NCBI RefSeq assembly: GCF_006345805.1
Contig: NC_043007.1
Span: 24,862,001-24,926,000 of the forward strand
Direction: 5' to 3'
Origin: Octopus sinensis
Lineage: Eukaryota
DNA length: 64,000 nt
Shown here: positions 51,825 to 64,000 of the stretch, in pieces
Position numbering within the stretch: the stretch's first letter is position 1
Layout of the letters: the number at the start of each line of letters is the position of its first letter
The notes under the pieces: generated by a model
Seen by the model: the letters and a program-made list of their open reading frames with translations, nothing else
What the model was told of the DNA's origin: nothing
Databases searched by the model: none
Position numbers and translations under genes: made by a program

Positions 51825-52172
51825 TCAAGGTTGATAATATAAATACCACTTGATTACTGGGGGTCAATTTAATCAACTTACCCGCTCCCCCAAAATTGCT
51901 GGCCTTGTGCCAAAATGAATATATAAAGCTGCAGTTAGGTGACAAGCTGGCAGAATCATTACTGCACTGGAAAAAAAGAAATGCTTAGCAGTATTTCACC
52001 TGACTTTATGCTCTGAGTTCAAATCCTGCCGTGGTTGACTTTTGCCTCTCATTCTTTCAGGGTTGATAAAATAAGTACCACTTCATTACTGAGGTCAATG
52101 TAATCGACTTAGCCCCTCTCCTAAAACTCCTGACCTTCTGCCAAAATTTAAAACCAAAATTACATGCTTTAA

Positions 52173-52401
52173 CCCTTTTGTTACTGTATTTATTTTGAGA
52201 TGCTCTGCATTTCTTTTAATTAATATTAAATATAACAAAGAATTTAGTAAAGTAACTTAGTTATCATTAAGCTAGTGTTAGGAACATAAAATGTGACTGA
52301 GGTTTGGTGGAAGATTTTCATACAAAACTTAAAACTTACGAAAACAAGACATTTGTACTACAGAGCCAGAGGTGGTTTCAGCCAGGTTGGTATCAAAAGA
52401 G
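52173..52401. mobile_element. piggyBac-type MITE, same family as 56623-56838 in opposite orientation
   Basis: TTAA flanks; TIRs cccttttgttac / gtatcaaaagag; internal sequence is the reverse complement of the other copy. Confidence 0.85.
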
Positions 52402-53554
52402 TTAATGAACTAAAAATTTCTTCTTTCCATGAATTTTTCTTTCTTTTTTTTGAATTGGGGTGGATTTAATATTTCTATAGATCTTTTATACAATGCAATA
52501 CGGTTATAAGTTTTCAGACAATTAACCTTTTGACAAAGACAAACAATTTTCCATCGCTAAATTTATTTTACTCAAATTTATTCTTCTCTGTGAATATTTT
52601 TGTAGTTAACCATTTGTTAATGCAGGTTAATACTAGTTTCTGCTGTTTTACTTTCGTCTGTAAACACGAATTTAATATTCAATAGTCTGAAAAACTGCAG
52701 CCAAATTATAAGCAACTTATTGCAGACATTCAGGGATATTTCATATTGATATCATTTGCTATATTGATTTTATGATTTTAAACATTTCATATTAATTTTT
52801 AATAACTCAAATAATACCACAATGTGCAAATTAGCACAGCCACACATTTTGGTAAATTTTTAATAATTCTCAAAAACTACCAATATGCAAATTACCACAC
52901 CCACACATAAATCAGGAAATGTTTTCTCCACAACCAAAAGTTGGTTTATTCCTTTTCAGTACCAGCAGAGTGATTGAAGTTAAAAAGAGTAACATGGGAT
53001 TTAAAAAACATTTGAAATTACATCAAAGCAGATCGTTTTAGTAGTATTACACTGCTAAGACAATCAATTCCCTCCTTGCTCATGTCATTGATATTTATAC
53101 TTCAGTCATTATGAATGCAGGCATAGCAGCAAGGTTAAGAAGTTTGCTTCCCAGCCATATCTTTTCAGATTCAGTCCTACAGTGGCAGGTGTCTTCTACT
53201 AAAGTCCAGGGCCAACCAAAGCCTTGTGAATGGATTTGGTGAATGGAGACTGAAGGAAGCCTCACGTATGTGAATATATGTGTGTGTGTGCATGGCACGT
53301 AAAAAGCACCAGCCGATTGTGGCTGTTGCCAGCCTCCCCTGGCCCCTATGCCGGTGGTACATAAAAAGCACCCACTACACTTACAGAGTGGTTGGCGTTA
53401 GGAAGGGCATCCAGCTGTAGAAACCACTGCCAGATCAGACTGGAGCCTGGTGCAGCCTCCTGGCTTCCCAGACCCTGGTCGAACCGGCCAACCCATGTTA
53501 GCATGGAAAACGGACGTTAAACGATGACGATGATGATGATGATAGATAGATAGA

Positions 53555-53714
53555 TAAGAAAAGAAATGGAGCAACATTTAACAATTAGAAGTTGATCATT
53601 GGTATCAAATGGTCATAGTTTAATGATAGTTAATTATTTTAACTATAATTAAACTGACCACTTAATACCAACGATCAACTTCTAATTGTTAATTGTTGCT
53701 CATTTCTTTTCTTA
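53555..53714. repeat. 160-bp near-perfect palindrome (foldback MITE-like)
   Basis: 79- and 76-nt arms, 5-nt loop, 5 substitutions and 2 small indels; TA at both ends. Confidence 0.9.
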
Positions 53715-53877
53715 ACTGAGTATATTAAACTACAGTTTACCATTTAAATTACTAACTACTGTTAACCTTACAGCAAGGCCTATACATAGTTAGGTAATAC
53801 ACCAGTAGTGCCTATGGATACATTTATCCCTTAGACGATTGCATAACTGCTAACTCATAATTTATATATATATATAA

Positions 53878-54062
53878 GGAGAGTTTACGAAAAAAAAAAC
53901 AAAAGACGAAGACAGGTGGTGTACAAAACAAACAGATGTATTAGTATAATGCTTAGGAATAGAAAAAGTCTTTTACGTTTCGAGCCTACGCTCTTCTACA
54001 GAAAGGGACACAGAAAAAAACAAGGTGAGAAAAAAATATGTGTAGTGGCTAACGATCTATCA
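53878..54062 (-). mobile_element. Short (TA)n-associated repeat, possibly Penelope-like pLTR remnant
   Basis: A second partial copy lies at 181-258 (+); contains a hammerhead-like gaagagc-gtag-gctc-gaaacgt motif (see findings). Confidence 0.45.
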
Positions 54063-54272
54063 TGTATATATGTATATATATATCATCATCATCATCATCA
54101 TCGTTAAACGTCCGTTCTCCATGCTAGCATGGGTTGGACGGTTCGACCAAGGATCTGGGAAACCAGAAGGCTGCACCAGGCTCCGGTCTTATCTGGCAAT
54201 GTTTCTACAGCTGGATGCCCTTCCTAACACCAACCATTCCGTGAGTGTAGTGGGTGCTTTTTACGTGCCACC

Positions 54273-54325
<53 letters not shown>

Positions 54326-54499
54326 GGAGCATGGAAAGCAGACATTAAATGATGATAATGATGATGAGGATACAGGGTCTTGCAGGTAAATTTGAAACAA
54401 TTTTTACAATGCATAGAACTGGTTATAAATACTAAAATAATGGTAGTAGACAGATATGAATTTTAAATTAACATTTATCACTCAATGTGGCTACCCTTT

Positions 54500-54757
54500 T
54501 GGGATATAACATGCAAAACCAAAATACATTTCTTCTAGGTTAACTCTCTTCCTAATTAGTTGAGCTTGAATTTTTGAGATCCAGTTCAGCAATTTCATAC
54601 CTCTGTAGTTGCTCTTCTCTAAGGCATCTTCTTTACTCTTATAACAGTTTACTATAATGTTACTACACCAATCACTGGGTATAAAACCTTTTTGTACAAC
54701 CTGATCAACTATATGTGTAACTAGTCTGTATCTCACTCTGCCAGATATTTTAAGCAT
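54500..54757 (-). mobile_element. RTE LINE reverse-transcriptase N-terminal fragment
   Basis: GFIPSDWCSNIIVNCYKSKEDALEKSNYRGMKLL...MYFGF matches the IPxDW..I...YK.KGD...NYRGI.LL..Q.GF pattern. Confidence 0.85.
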
Positions 54758-55347
54758 TTTACCGATAATTTGTTATTTCTTTACTGCCCACAAGGAGCTA
54801 CACACAGAGGGGACAAACAAGGACAGACAAACAGATTAAGTTGATTATATCGACTCCAGTGTATAACTGGTACTTATTTAATCGACCTCAAAAGGATGAA
54901 AGGCAAAGTCGACCTCGGCGGAATTTGAACTCAGAATGTAACCGCAGACGAAATACCGCTAAGCCTTTCGCCCAGCATGCTAATGTTTCTGCCAGCTCAC
55001 TGCCTTTACCAATAATTTCTGATGGACTAAGGGCTTTCCCTGTACTCATATCCTTAACTGCTTTATCTAAATAGCTAAATGTAACAGATTACTATAGGTA
55101 ATCGGGAAGGAAGCTGTTAGAAAGCATACAATAGATAAAGAAATTAGAAAGGTATAGAGTTAATTGTATAAAAGAGCATTGGCTGAAACCAATAAAAAAA
55201 TGTTTGTGCTTAGGGATGTATAGAAAAAAAAATCAGTTTGCAATAGGAATAATAAAATGCGAGTGATAATATAAAATAAGATACAATAATATACTATAAT
55301 GTGTATTAAACAATATAATAAACACATTTGAAGCATATATATATATA

Positions 55348-55858
55348 CTAGCAGCATAGCCCGGCGTTGCCCGGGTATGTAAGAGCCCCTAGTAGGCAAC
55401 GACTAATCCCAATCTTGTCCTTTCCCTCTAATTTCCTGCCAATTTGTGAAAGATATTGTCGAAAATATGTCATCTTGAATTTGAACGTGATTTCCTAAAT
55501 TGGCATGATTTTATCGATTTTTTCTGATGGTAAGGTATTGCATGGAAAACTAACGTTAGAATTAAGTTTCTTGGGGTAACATTAAGCTTCACCATGAGTT
55601 TGGTGAAAATCGATTGCATGTTGCGAAAACTACAACAGAAAATGTGTTGCATATAAAAAGCTTAGATTCTCGACCCCATGTCGAATTTATCGATTTTTTT
55701 CAGAACTGGGGGAACTTTTCAAAATTTTCGCTGCGTTAGTTTTGAATTATGACATTGGGCTATGTGTGTGTCAAGTTTCATCAGAATCGGTTGAAAGCTG
55801 TGGTCAGGGTGAGGGTACAACCTGACAGACACACAGACACACAGACTGACAAACTGCC

Positions 55859-55865
<7 letters not shown>
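55348..55865 (-). mobile_element. Non-autonomous Helitron, second family
   Basis: 3' CTAG|T at 55348-55351 with hairpin CCCGG-n6-CCGGG (55360-55375) 8 nt upstream; GACA-type microsatellite near the 5' end; 5' end merges into (TA)n. Confidence 0.8.
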
Positions 55866-55895
<30 letters not shown>

Positions 55896-56622
55896 TGAAT
55901 AAAGGTTCATATGGAAAGAAGAAAGCATAAAAAACAGTAAGTCAAATGTGATAATTGGAATGAAACAATTCAGGATTATAAAAATGCAGTATTATAAAAT
56001 ATGGGAAAGTATCCAACAACTTCAAAGTTATGCTCCAAACTGTAAACATTGTTAATCATTCCAGTGGCAAAGGCTTCGAAGCCAGGAACTTTGAAGAATG
56101 TCTGCAACTATTCAAAAGCTCAGATTTATGATTCGATGCAGTTTTATCTCAATAAAAGATAAAATATTTTTCGCTTAAGCAAAATAGGTATTTCATAGAA
56201 TAACAGTAGGATCCATGCCTATATGAGTTTACTTTTCCTAAGATATACCACTGGAGTTTGAAAAGTGATAGAAGCAGTTTATTTTACTTGCCATACATGG
56301 TCTGATAAATGTTCGTGACATTTTTCAGGGTTTTTATATGAATTCTTGCATAGATAAAATCTCATTTTGAAGTTGTTTTCTATGGCTATGATGTAAATTT
56401 TATATGTAGGGTTATTACTGATCTGGATCTTAGCCATATAAACAACTCCTTTGATCAGGAAATAACCACTGACAGGACATTCTTAAAAACCATAATATTG
56501 TTTTAAATACTCTAAATATTCATGGCTGTCTAATGATCAGTTACATGGAACTCTGAGTAACAGCTTGTGGTGTCATTTTAGCTTCAAGAAATTATTAAAC
56601 TACTTGTTGAGTATGTATTTAA

Positions 56623-56838
56623 CCCTTTCATTACCAACTGAACTGAAACCGGCTCTGGCTCTGAGTACAAATGTTTTGTTTTCATAAGTTCTGAATTAAA
56701 ATCTTCCACCAAACCTAACAATTTATGTTCTTAACACTAGCTGAATGATAACTAAGTTAATTTACTAAATCCTTTGTTATATTTAAAGTAATTGAAAGAA
56801 ACAGAGAGTATCTCAAAATAAATACAGTAATGAAAGGG
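56623..56838. mobile_element. piggyBac-type MITE (216 bp)
   Basis: Perfect 12-bp TIRs ccctttcattac / gtaatgaaaggg flanked by TTAA on both sides. Confidence 0.88.
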
Positions 56839-57771
56839 TTAATACATTATAATAACTGAAAGGCTCCAATTTCCAGTAATCAGAATTACTCGTTTCTAAT
56901 CAGCAGCTGGTGGACTGAGCCTGCTTTTCTTGTCCAGCCACTGTATTTTCAGACACATGAAATTATCGTAATTTGCATTTAAATTCCATGTTTATTAAAT
57001 GATTTTAATCTCTCATTGTATAAAGTACTTTTTTGTTGATACTATAAATAATGTAGCAGTACATTATATATACATACATATATATATATACATATATATA
57101 CATACATATATATATACATACATATACATACATATATATACATACATACATATATATATGGTGTGGCATGTAAAAACACCCACTACACTCTCGGGGTGGT
57201 TGACGTTAGGAAGGGCATCCAGCTGTAGAAACTCTGCCAGATCAGATTGGAGCCTGGTGCAGCCATGTGGCTTGCCAGTCCTCAGTCAAATCGTCCAAGC
57301 CATGCTAGCATGGAAAGCAGACGTTAAACGATGATGTTGATGATGATATGGCGTGTGTTATCTTTTGGCTATTATAATTCCTGTGAAGATGGATTGAATC
57401 TAAGCAATTGTAGATTTACAGCCTAAAGTGTTGCATTATTTAATCAGTGTTAACATCACTTTTCGAAGTTTCTCTAAGAGGCCGTTATGCATCAGACACA
57501 TAGAGCACAAATTAAACAGCATTGGCAGACAGTGTTGCCAAAATGGTACAAGCAGGAATAATTCTTAGCTACAGTGAAATGCTGAAAGCTCACTTGATAT
57601 GGACATACATTCTGCCAAATATCCCTGTCTCAAGAGCACAGTGTGAACTCAGTATGTAAAGCTGCTAACAATAAAATCCCACATTCTCTGCTGAATCCTT
57701 TATTCAACAGACCAACAAACATGAAGGACTTCCCTAAAGGAACAGAAAATTTTGGAAAAAATGTTATTTAC

Positions 57772-57954
57772 TTTACACTTTTTGTGGATAAATTCTACAC
57801 ACGGGTCAACCAACCATTGAAACATGAGGTTAATTAGTTCTCTCTCTGTAGACATTGGTCCGTGGAATGCTGCTATCCATGATTGGACAAGTGGGCGCCA
57901 ACCAAGGCTCATTGGTTCCATATATATCATTCCGCATCGGCTTACTGTTGCAGG
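57772..57954 (-). CDS. DNAH12: Dynein exon B (183 nt): PATVSRCGMIYMEPMSLGWRPLVQSW...FIHKKCK
   Basis: ttcttccag|CCT ... AAA|gtaaat; conserved PATVSRCGM motif; 61 codons. Confidence 0.97.
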
Positions 57955-58111
57955 CTGGAAGAAATAGATTCTTTAGTAGATATTGCAATTTGGTAAGAAT
58001 TTCATAAAATAACTGTATGTGTGTGTGAGTGTGTGTATGTAATCATCTTCATCACTGTCATTTAATGTCCATTTACCATATATATGTTTATACACACACA
58101 CACACATATAC

Positions 58112-58143
<32 letters not shown>

Positions 58144-58499
58144 GAGGAGGGGGAGAGGAGATGAAGGAGAAAAAGAAGAGGGGGAGGCGGTGGAGGAAGA
58201 AGGAGGGGAGAGGAAGGAGGAGAGGAAGGAGGGGAGAGGAAGGAGGAGGATAAAAAGAAGAGGAGGGGAGAAAGAAGAAGAGGGGGAGAAAGAAGAAAAG
58301 GAGGAGGAGGAGGAGAAAGAAGAAGAGGGGAGAAAGAAGAACAGGAGGAGGAGAAAGAAGAAGAGGGGGAGAAAGAAGAGGAGGAAGAAGGGGGAAGGAG
58401 GAAGAGAAAGAAGAGGGAGAAGAGGATGAGGAGAAAGAAGAAGAAGAAGAAGAAGAAGAAGAAGAAGAAGAAGCAGAAGAAGAAGAAGAAGAAGAGAAG

Positions 58500-58530
<31 letters not shown>
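58112..58530. repeat. (AAT)n plus GAG/GAA purine microsatellite
   Basis: Directly visible. Confidence 0.92.
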
Positions 58531-58532
<2 letters not shown>

Positions 58533-58800
58533 TTGTCGAAGTACAAAGACCTCGAAACTGAAGTATTCAAGATGAATAGCATGAAGCTGAAAACAATACC
58601 AATAATAATTGGAGCATTGGACATGATAAAAAAAAACATACGAACAAAAACACAGAAGCTGTACCTGGATCCTAAACACTACACACTATCCAAAAAATAA
58701 CCTTGCTAGGAACAGCCCACATCCTACACAATCACTATCAATTAAATAATACAACCTAAGCAAAACAAACCACAAATACAAGACACACTCTATACAACAA
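58530..58800 (+). mobile_element. R4/Dong-type LINE 3' fragment
   Basis: KLSKYKDLETEVFKM...TIPIIIGALDMIKK and IQKITLLGTAHIL (frameshifted). Confidence 0.75.
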
Positions 58801-59759
58801 TTATCCAGTGAAATAAACTTCCACCAGCAATCCAATTAACCAATGCATTATACACTCAACACACAATACCAGCAGTAATACAGCAAAAGACTGCACAACA
58901 GCCCAAGAGAAAAGAAACTGATGCAATATAATACCAGGAAGAGTTTGTTCATTCCCAACAACAGAAAAGAACATACCTTGCTGCACATACTGCAATAACA
59001 TTGAAGTATAACAAGTGATACAGTAGAAATTTGCCTGAAATTACCAAATGTTGGATATTCATATAATAACAATAATAAACAATTCTCTCTTTTACTCTTT
59101 TACTTGTTTCAGTCATTTGACTGCGGCCATGCTGGAGCACCGCCTTTAGTCAAGCTAATCGAACCCCAGGACTTATTCTTTGTAAGCCCGGTACTTATTC
59201 TATCGGTCTCTTTTGCCGAACTGCTAAGTGACAGGGACGTAAACACACCAGCATCGGTTGTCAAACAATGCTAGGGGGACAAACACAGACACACACATAC
59301 ATACATATATATATACGACAGGCTTCTTTCAGTTTCCGTCTACCAAATCCACTCACAAGGCATTGGTCGGCCCGGGGTTATAGCAGAAGACACTTGCCCA
59401 AGATGCCACGCAGTGGGACTGAACCCGAAACCATGTGGTTGGTTAGCAAGCTACTTGCCACTATAGATATCAGTTAAAAAATTAATATATCCTGGCTAAA
59501 TTATGAGCAAAGAAAGGAAAATTAAATACAAAAAAAGGAGACAAACAGGAGTCAAAGTCAATGTATTAATTTGTGATGGGGAAAAAATTTTCAAAACTAC
59601 AATGTTATTATCTAAGAAAGTAATTTTTAAAAATGTTTGTTTAAGATTATGATTTTTCAGATTAATTAAATCTTATATTTTCTAGATGGAAAAAATGGTT
59701 TCAGAATTTACATCTACACTAGATTTTGTACACAGCAATTTTTATAAATTTCCCAGGTT

Positions 59760-60480
59760 CAAATGGTGGTGATGATGATGGTGGTGGTGGTGGTGGTGAT
59801 GATGGTGGTAGTGGTGGTGGTGGTGATGATGATGATGATGACGGTGATAATGATAACTATGCTGTTGCTGCTGATGATAAAAATGGTGGTGATAATGATG
59901 ATGATGGTGGCGGTGGTGGTGGTGGTGGTGATGATGATGATGATGACGGTGATAATGATAACTATGCTGTTGTTGCTGATGATAAAAATGGTGATGATAG
60001 TGATGATGATGGTGGTGGTGGTGGTGGTGGTGGTGGTGGTGATGATGATGATGACGGTGATAATGATAACTATGCTGTTGTTGCTGATGATAAAAATGGT
60101 GGTGATAGTGATGATGATGGTGGTGGTGGTGGTGGTGGTGATGATGATGATGATGATGATGACGGTGATAATGATAACTATGCTGTTGCTGCTGATGATA
60201 AAAATGGTGGTGATAATGATGATGATGGTGGTGGTGGTGGTGGTGGTGATGATGATGATGATGATGATGACGGTGATAATGATAACTATGCTGTTGCTGC
60301 TGATGATAAAAATGGTGGTGGTGGTGATGATGATGGTGGTGGTGGTGGTGGTGGTAGTGATGGTAGTCGTGAGGATAACAAAGCTGTTGCTGCTGATGAT
60401 GGTGATAATGATGACGGTGGTGGTTGTGATGTTGATGATGATGATGAAGTTGATGATGCTGCTGCTGTTGCTGCTGATGG
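59760..60480. repeat. Compound GGT/GAT microsatellite with 105-108-bp higher-order unit x5
   Basis: gacggtgataatgataactatgctgttg at 59840, 59945, 60053, 60161 and 60269. Confidence 0.92.
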
Positions 60481-61501
60481 CAATAATGATTGGAGATCAA
60501 ACTAATCAAAAACATTGTGTAGTTTTCATCTCTAAAGAAGAAGTTAATGATTTGTAAAATTAAAATCTCATTAACAACCGTTTAAGTGAAGTGGGAGAAG
60601 AAGAGGAGGATCAATAAATAAATAAATAAAGAACTACTTTAAGGCTGTGAACTGATGGACACATTAGAACAGAACATGTGCTTTGTATCTAATTTGGCTC
60701 AATGCATTCTGAGTTCAAATCTCACCATGACCGGCAGGACACAACAGCATATATCATCATTAGCCCCTGGACGCCCATTGTCACAAGTCCTAGGATGCAT
60801 ACAGCCATTTACCTATTTTCTGTGGCATCTAAATGACTGAGACCACAACCTCCTCAACACCCCACCCTCCGAACAGGACACCAATCCATCGCAGGGGTTC
60901 TCATTTACTTCTGAGTGAACTGGAGCAATGTGAAATGAAGTGTTTTGCTCAAGAATGCAATGCACCACCCAATCTGAGAATTGAAATCACAATCATTAGG
61001 TTATTGACCCCTTATACCACATGCCCTCACCAGCATATATGTTTCGTTCTTATTCTCACCTCATCAGCAAAACAGCTTTCGCTGTATTTACCAAAACAAT
61101 GGTATAAGAATCACGAAATACATCTACCAGAAAAAAGAATTTTTAGAATGTTTTGAAACAAAATTCATAGAAACAAACAAGAAATATTCCAATGGTTAAT
61201 AAAAACAGAACACTAAGGAAGAATGAGTTTCCATTTCAATATAATAGTTTCTGATTCAGAAATTATGAATATAGGAATGAGGCAAACAGTTTTGAAAGGG
61301 AGGAGTTCAATCAATATCAATGACCCCAGTACTCTACTGGTACCTTATTTTATTGATCTCAGGAGGATGAAAAGTAAAGTTGACTTCAATGGGATTTGAA
61401 CTCAAAACATAAGGAGCCACAGCAAATACTTAAAGCTTTTCTGATGCACAAATCAATCGTCCCGCTCACCACCTTTCCAATTTCAATATAACTTTTTCTT
61501 T

Positions 61502-61875
61502 AAGGCAGTGAGCTAGGAGAAACATTAGCATGCCAGGCAAAATGTTTAGCGGTATTTCGTCTGCTGCTACGTTCTGAGTTCAAATTCCGCCAAGATCGAC
61601 TTTTAAATAAGTACCAGTTACGCACTGGGGTCAATTTCATCGACTTAATCCATCTGTCTGTCCTTGTTTGTCTTCTTTGTGTTTAGCCCCTTGTGGGTAG
61701 CAAAGAAATAGGTATTTCGTCCGTCTTTACATTCGGAGTTAAAATTCCGCTGAGGTCAACTTTGCCCTTCGTTCTTTCGGGGTCGATAAATTAAGTACCA
61801 ATTGCATACTGGGGTCGATCTAATCAACTGTCCCTCTCCCAAAAAATTTCGGGCCTTGTGCCTAGAGTAGAAAAG
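61502..61875 (+). mobile_element. SINE-B hetero-dimer (two tail subfamilies), 17-bp TSD
   Basis: TSD aatataactttttcttt at 61485-61501 and 61876-61892; junction at 61710|61711. Confidence 0.9.
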
Positions 61876-62751
61876 AATATAACTTTTTCTTTCTAATTTT
61901 AGCACAAAGCCAGTAATTTTGAGGGCAAATACTTATTTTATAGCTTCTGCAAGGATGAAAGGTTAAGAAGATCTCGGAGAGGTATTTGAACTCAAGACAT
62001 AAAGAGCTAGAAGAAATACTACTAAGCATGTTCTATGACATTCTGACAATTCAGCCAGTTTGCCACTCTCCCCATTTCATTATAATCCTTTCTTCTATAG
62101 GCACAAGGCCTGAAATTTTGTGGGAGGGGCTAGTTAATAAGATTGACCCCCGTACTCAACTGGTACTTAATTTATCAATCCTAAAAGGATGAAAGATAAA
62201 GTCAACCTCAGCAGAATTTGAACTCAGAACATAAATATGGATAAAATGAATAGCAGAATTTTGTCCAACCTGCTAATGTTTCTACCAGCTTGACATCTTA
62301 AGTCGTAATTCTTCTGACTATAGGCTAAAGGCTTGAAATTTTGGAAAACAGAAGCTAGTTGATTATATTGACCCCGATGTTCAATTATGCACTTGTTTTA
62401 TTGATCCCAAGAAGATGGAGGGTAGAGTTCACCTTGGAGGTATTTGAACTCAGAATGTAAAGCTAGAAGAAACACCACTATGCATTTTGTTCGGCATACT
62501 AAAGATTCTGCCAGTTTGCTGCCATTAATTCTTTTAAATTTTGGCACAAGGCAAGCAAAACTTTAGGGGAAGCAGGTTAAGTCAAAAACACCCAAAAGGA
62601 GGAAAGGTAAAGTTCACTATGGTGGCATTTGATCTCAGAATATAGAGAGTTGAATGAAATGCCACTAAGCATTTTATTTGGAATGGAAACATTTCTGCCA
62701 AGAAGATGCCGTTCCCATTTCAATATAATACAAGTCGAGTTATCATCTTAC

Positions 62752-62976
62752 CGATGCTTGTGCCAAGTCCATCGTCTCAAATATCAGACTCATTGACGCT
62801 GACATCTGAATAATCTCTCCACTCATCAAACACAGTTTCTTGTTGTCGTCTAAAACAGTATTCATGTTTTCAATCCAGAGGGCGTCAATGGGGCCATCGA
62901 ACAGAACCCATTTTCGGTCTTCATTTTCGGCTGATGCAAATTCTCGGAATGTGTTAGCTACAACGCCATCTGTCCA
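62752..62976 (-). CDS. DNAH12: Dynein exon A (225 nt): [14 protein letters not shown]...[19 protein letters not shown]...[10 protein letters not shown]; AAA2 Walker B region
   Basis: ttctaacag|TGG ... TCG|gtaaga; 75 codons; invariant [13 protein letters not shown] motif. Not in the ORF track. Confidence 0.97.
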
Positions 62977-64000
62977 CTGTTAGAATGAAATATAGAAAAG
63001 ATAAGATAAGAATGAATAAGTAATTTTCTAGTCTTAAATGTGATTTACAACAGGACAAATTCTAAATAGGGCACATCATTGTCATCATAATCATCATCAT
63101 TGTTTTAACATGCACTTTTTCATGCCTGCATGGGTCAGATGAAATTTACTGAGGCTGATTTTCTACAGCCATATGCCATACTGGGAACCCTCACCCATTT
63201 CCAAGCAGTTTCTTCATAGAAAATATTTCTCCACGGCAAATGTTTTTACAGAAAAATGGAAATAAATGACACTGCTTGTATGACAGTGACCCTCATTTAC
63301 AACAATCATGCAATGTCAAAAAAAAAGACACAAACACATACACACATGATGGTGGGATTCTTTCAGATTCAATCAACCATATCCACCCCCAGTCTTCATA
63401 GCAGAAGACACCTGCCCAAGGTGCCATTCAGTGGGACAAAATCTGAAACCATGTGGTTGGGAGACACAGAAGTAGGAAAATAACAAGGACAAAAGCACAC
63501 ACACACACCTCTAACAATACCATTCCCAGCTACAGCCAACACCGTTCCTTACCACTATCAATGCCATTCTCTACTACAACCAAAAGTTCAAACCAACAAA
63601 GAAGTCTCTATGCGCTCCAATGAACTGCTAGAAATAGGAGCAAATGTCCCTCCATCACATCCTACTCTCTTAACACAGAAAGAACACATTGAACAATCGC
63701 ATATAATAAATGCAAATGTCTGACATGTGTTTCTACTGCATAGATATCATTGAGTGTTGCATTAGGTTGCATCCTGTTGGTTCAGTTGCATTATGGGTTC
63801 ACCCAAGGTCATCATATCCATGCAGTTTTATTCAATATGTTACCACTACAAGACTCTGAAACAAATTGAAGAATTATGATTTTGGAAGTCTTATTCTAAG
63901 GTATAATTTTGAGAGGGACATAGTTTAGTGCAGAGGAGAGTAGAGGTTGTTGGGAAACACTATATAGCAATAAAGTCAAATGGACCCCTACTTTGAATAT

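Noticed and set aside
59726-60557. Three overlapping ORFs of about 260 aa (G/D-, H/Q-, M/V-rich)
   Set aside because: All are translations of a trinucleotide compound repeat; no splice or domain evidence.

Overview
AT-rich, repeat-saturated animal genomic DNA. The SINE/LINE families and microsatellite density look like an octopus (coleoid cephalopod) genome; this is inferred from sequence character, not a database search. The whole window lies inside one minus-strand gene, an axonemal inner-arm dynein heavy chain that best resembles DNAH12. I traced 15 consecutive GT-AG coding exons (2454 nt, 818 codons, frame conserved across all junctions) from 62976 down to 2758. They encode the end of AAA2, all of AAA3 and most of AAA4; the gene runs off both ends. 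Introns hold tRNA-derived SINEs (working labels SINE-A, -B, -D), 5'-truncated RTE-type LINEs, R4/Dong-type LINE ends, non-autonomous Helitrons and a Helentron-like element, Tc1/mariner-, hAT- and piggyBac-type MITEs, and many micro/minisatellites. Almost all long ORFs in the supplied track are low-complexity artefacts. Most unusual: (1) SINE-B dimers and trimers joined at one identical nucleotide junction, three of them flanked by a single TSD pair; (2) a hidden antisense ORF that reappears when a SINE dimer is excised; (3) a SINE with twin-priming 5' inversion architecture; (4) a 160-bp hairpin that folds best on the pre-mRNA strand; (5) a minimal hammerhead-like motif; (6) a minisatellite packed with TTCCTGGAA (STAT/GAS-type) sites.
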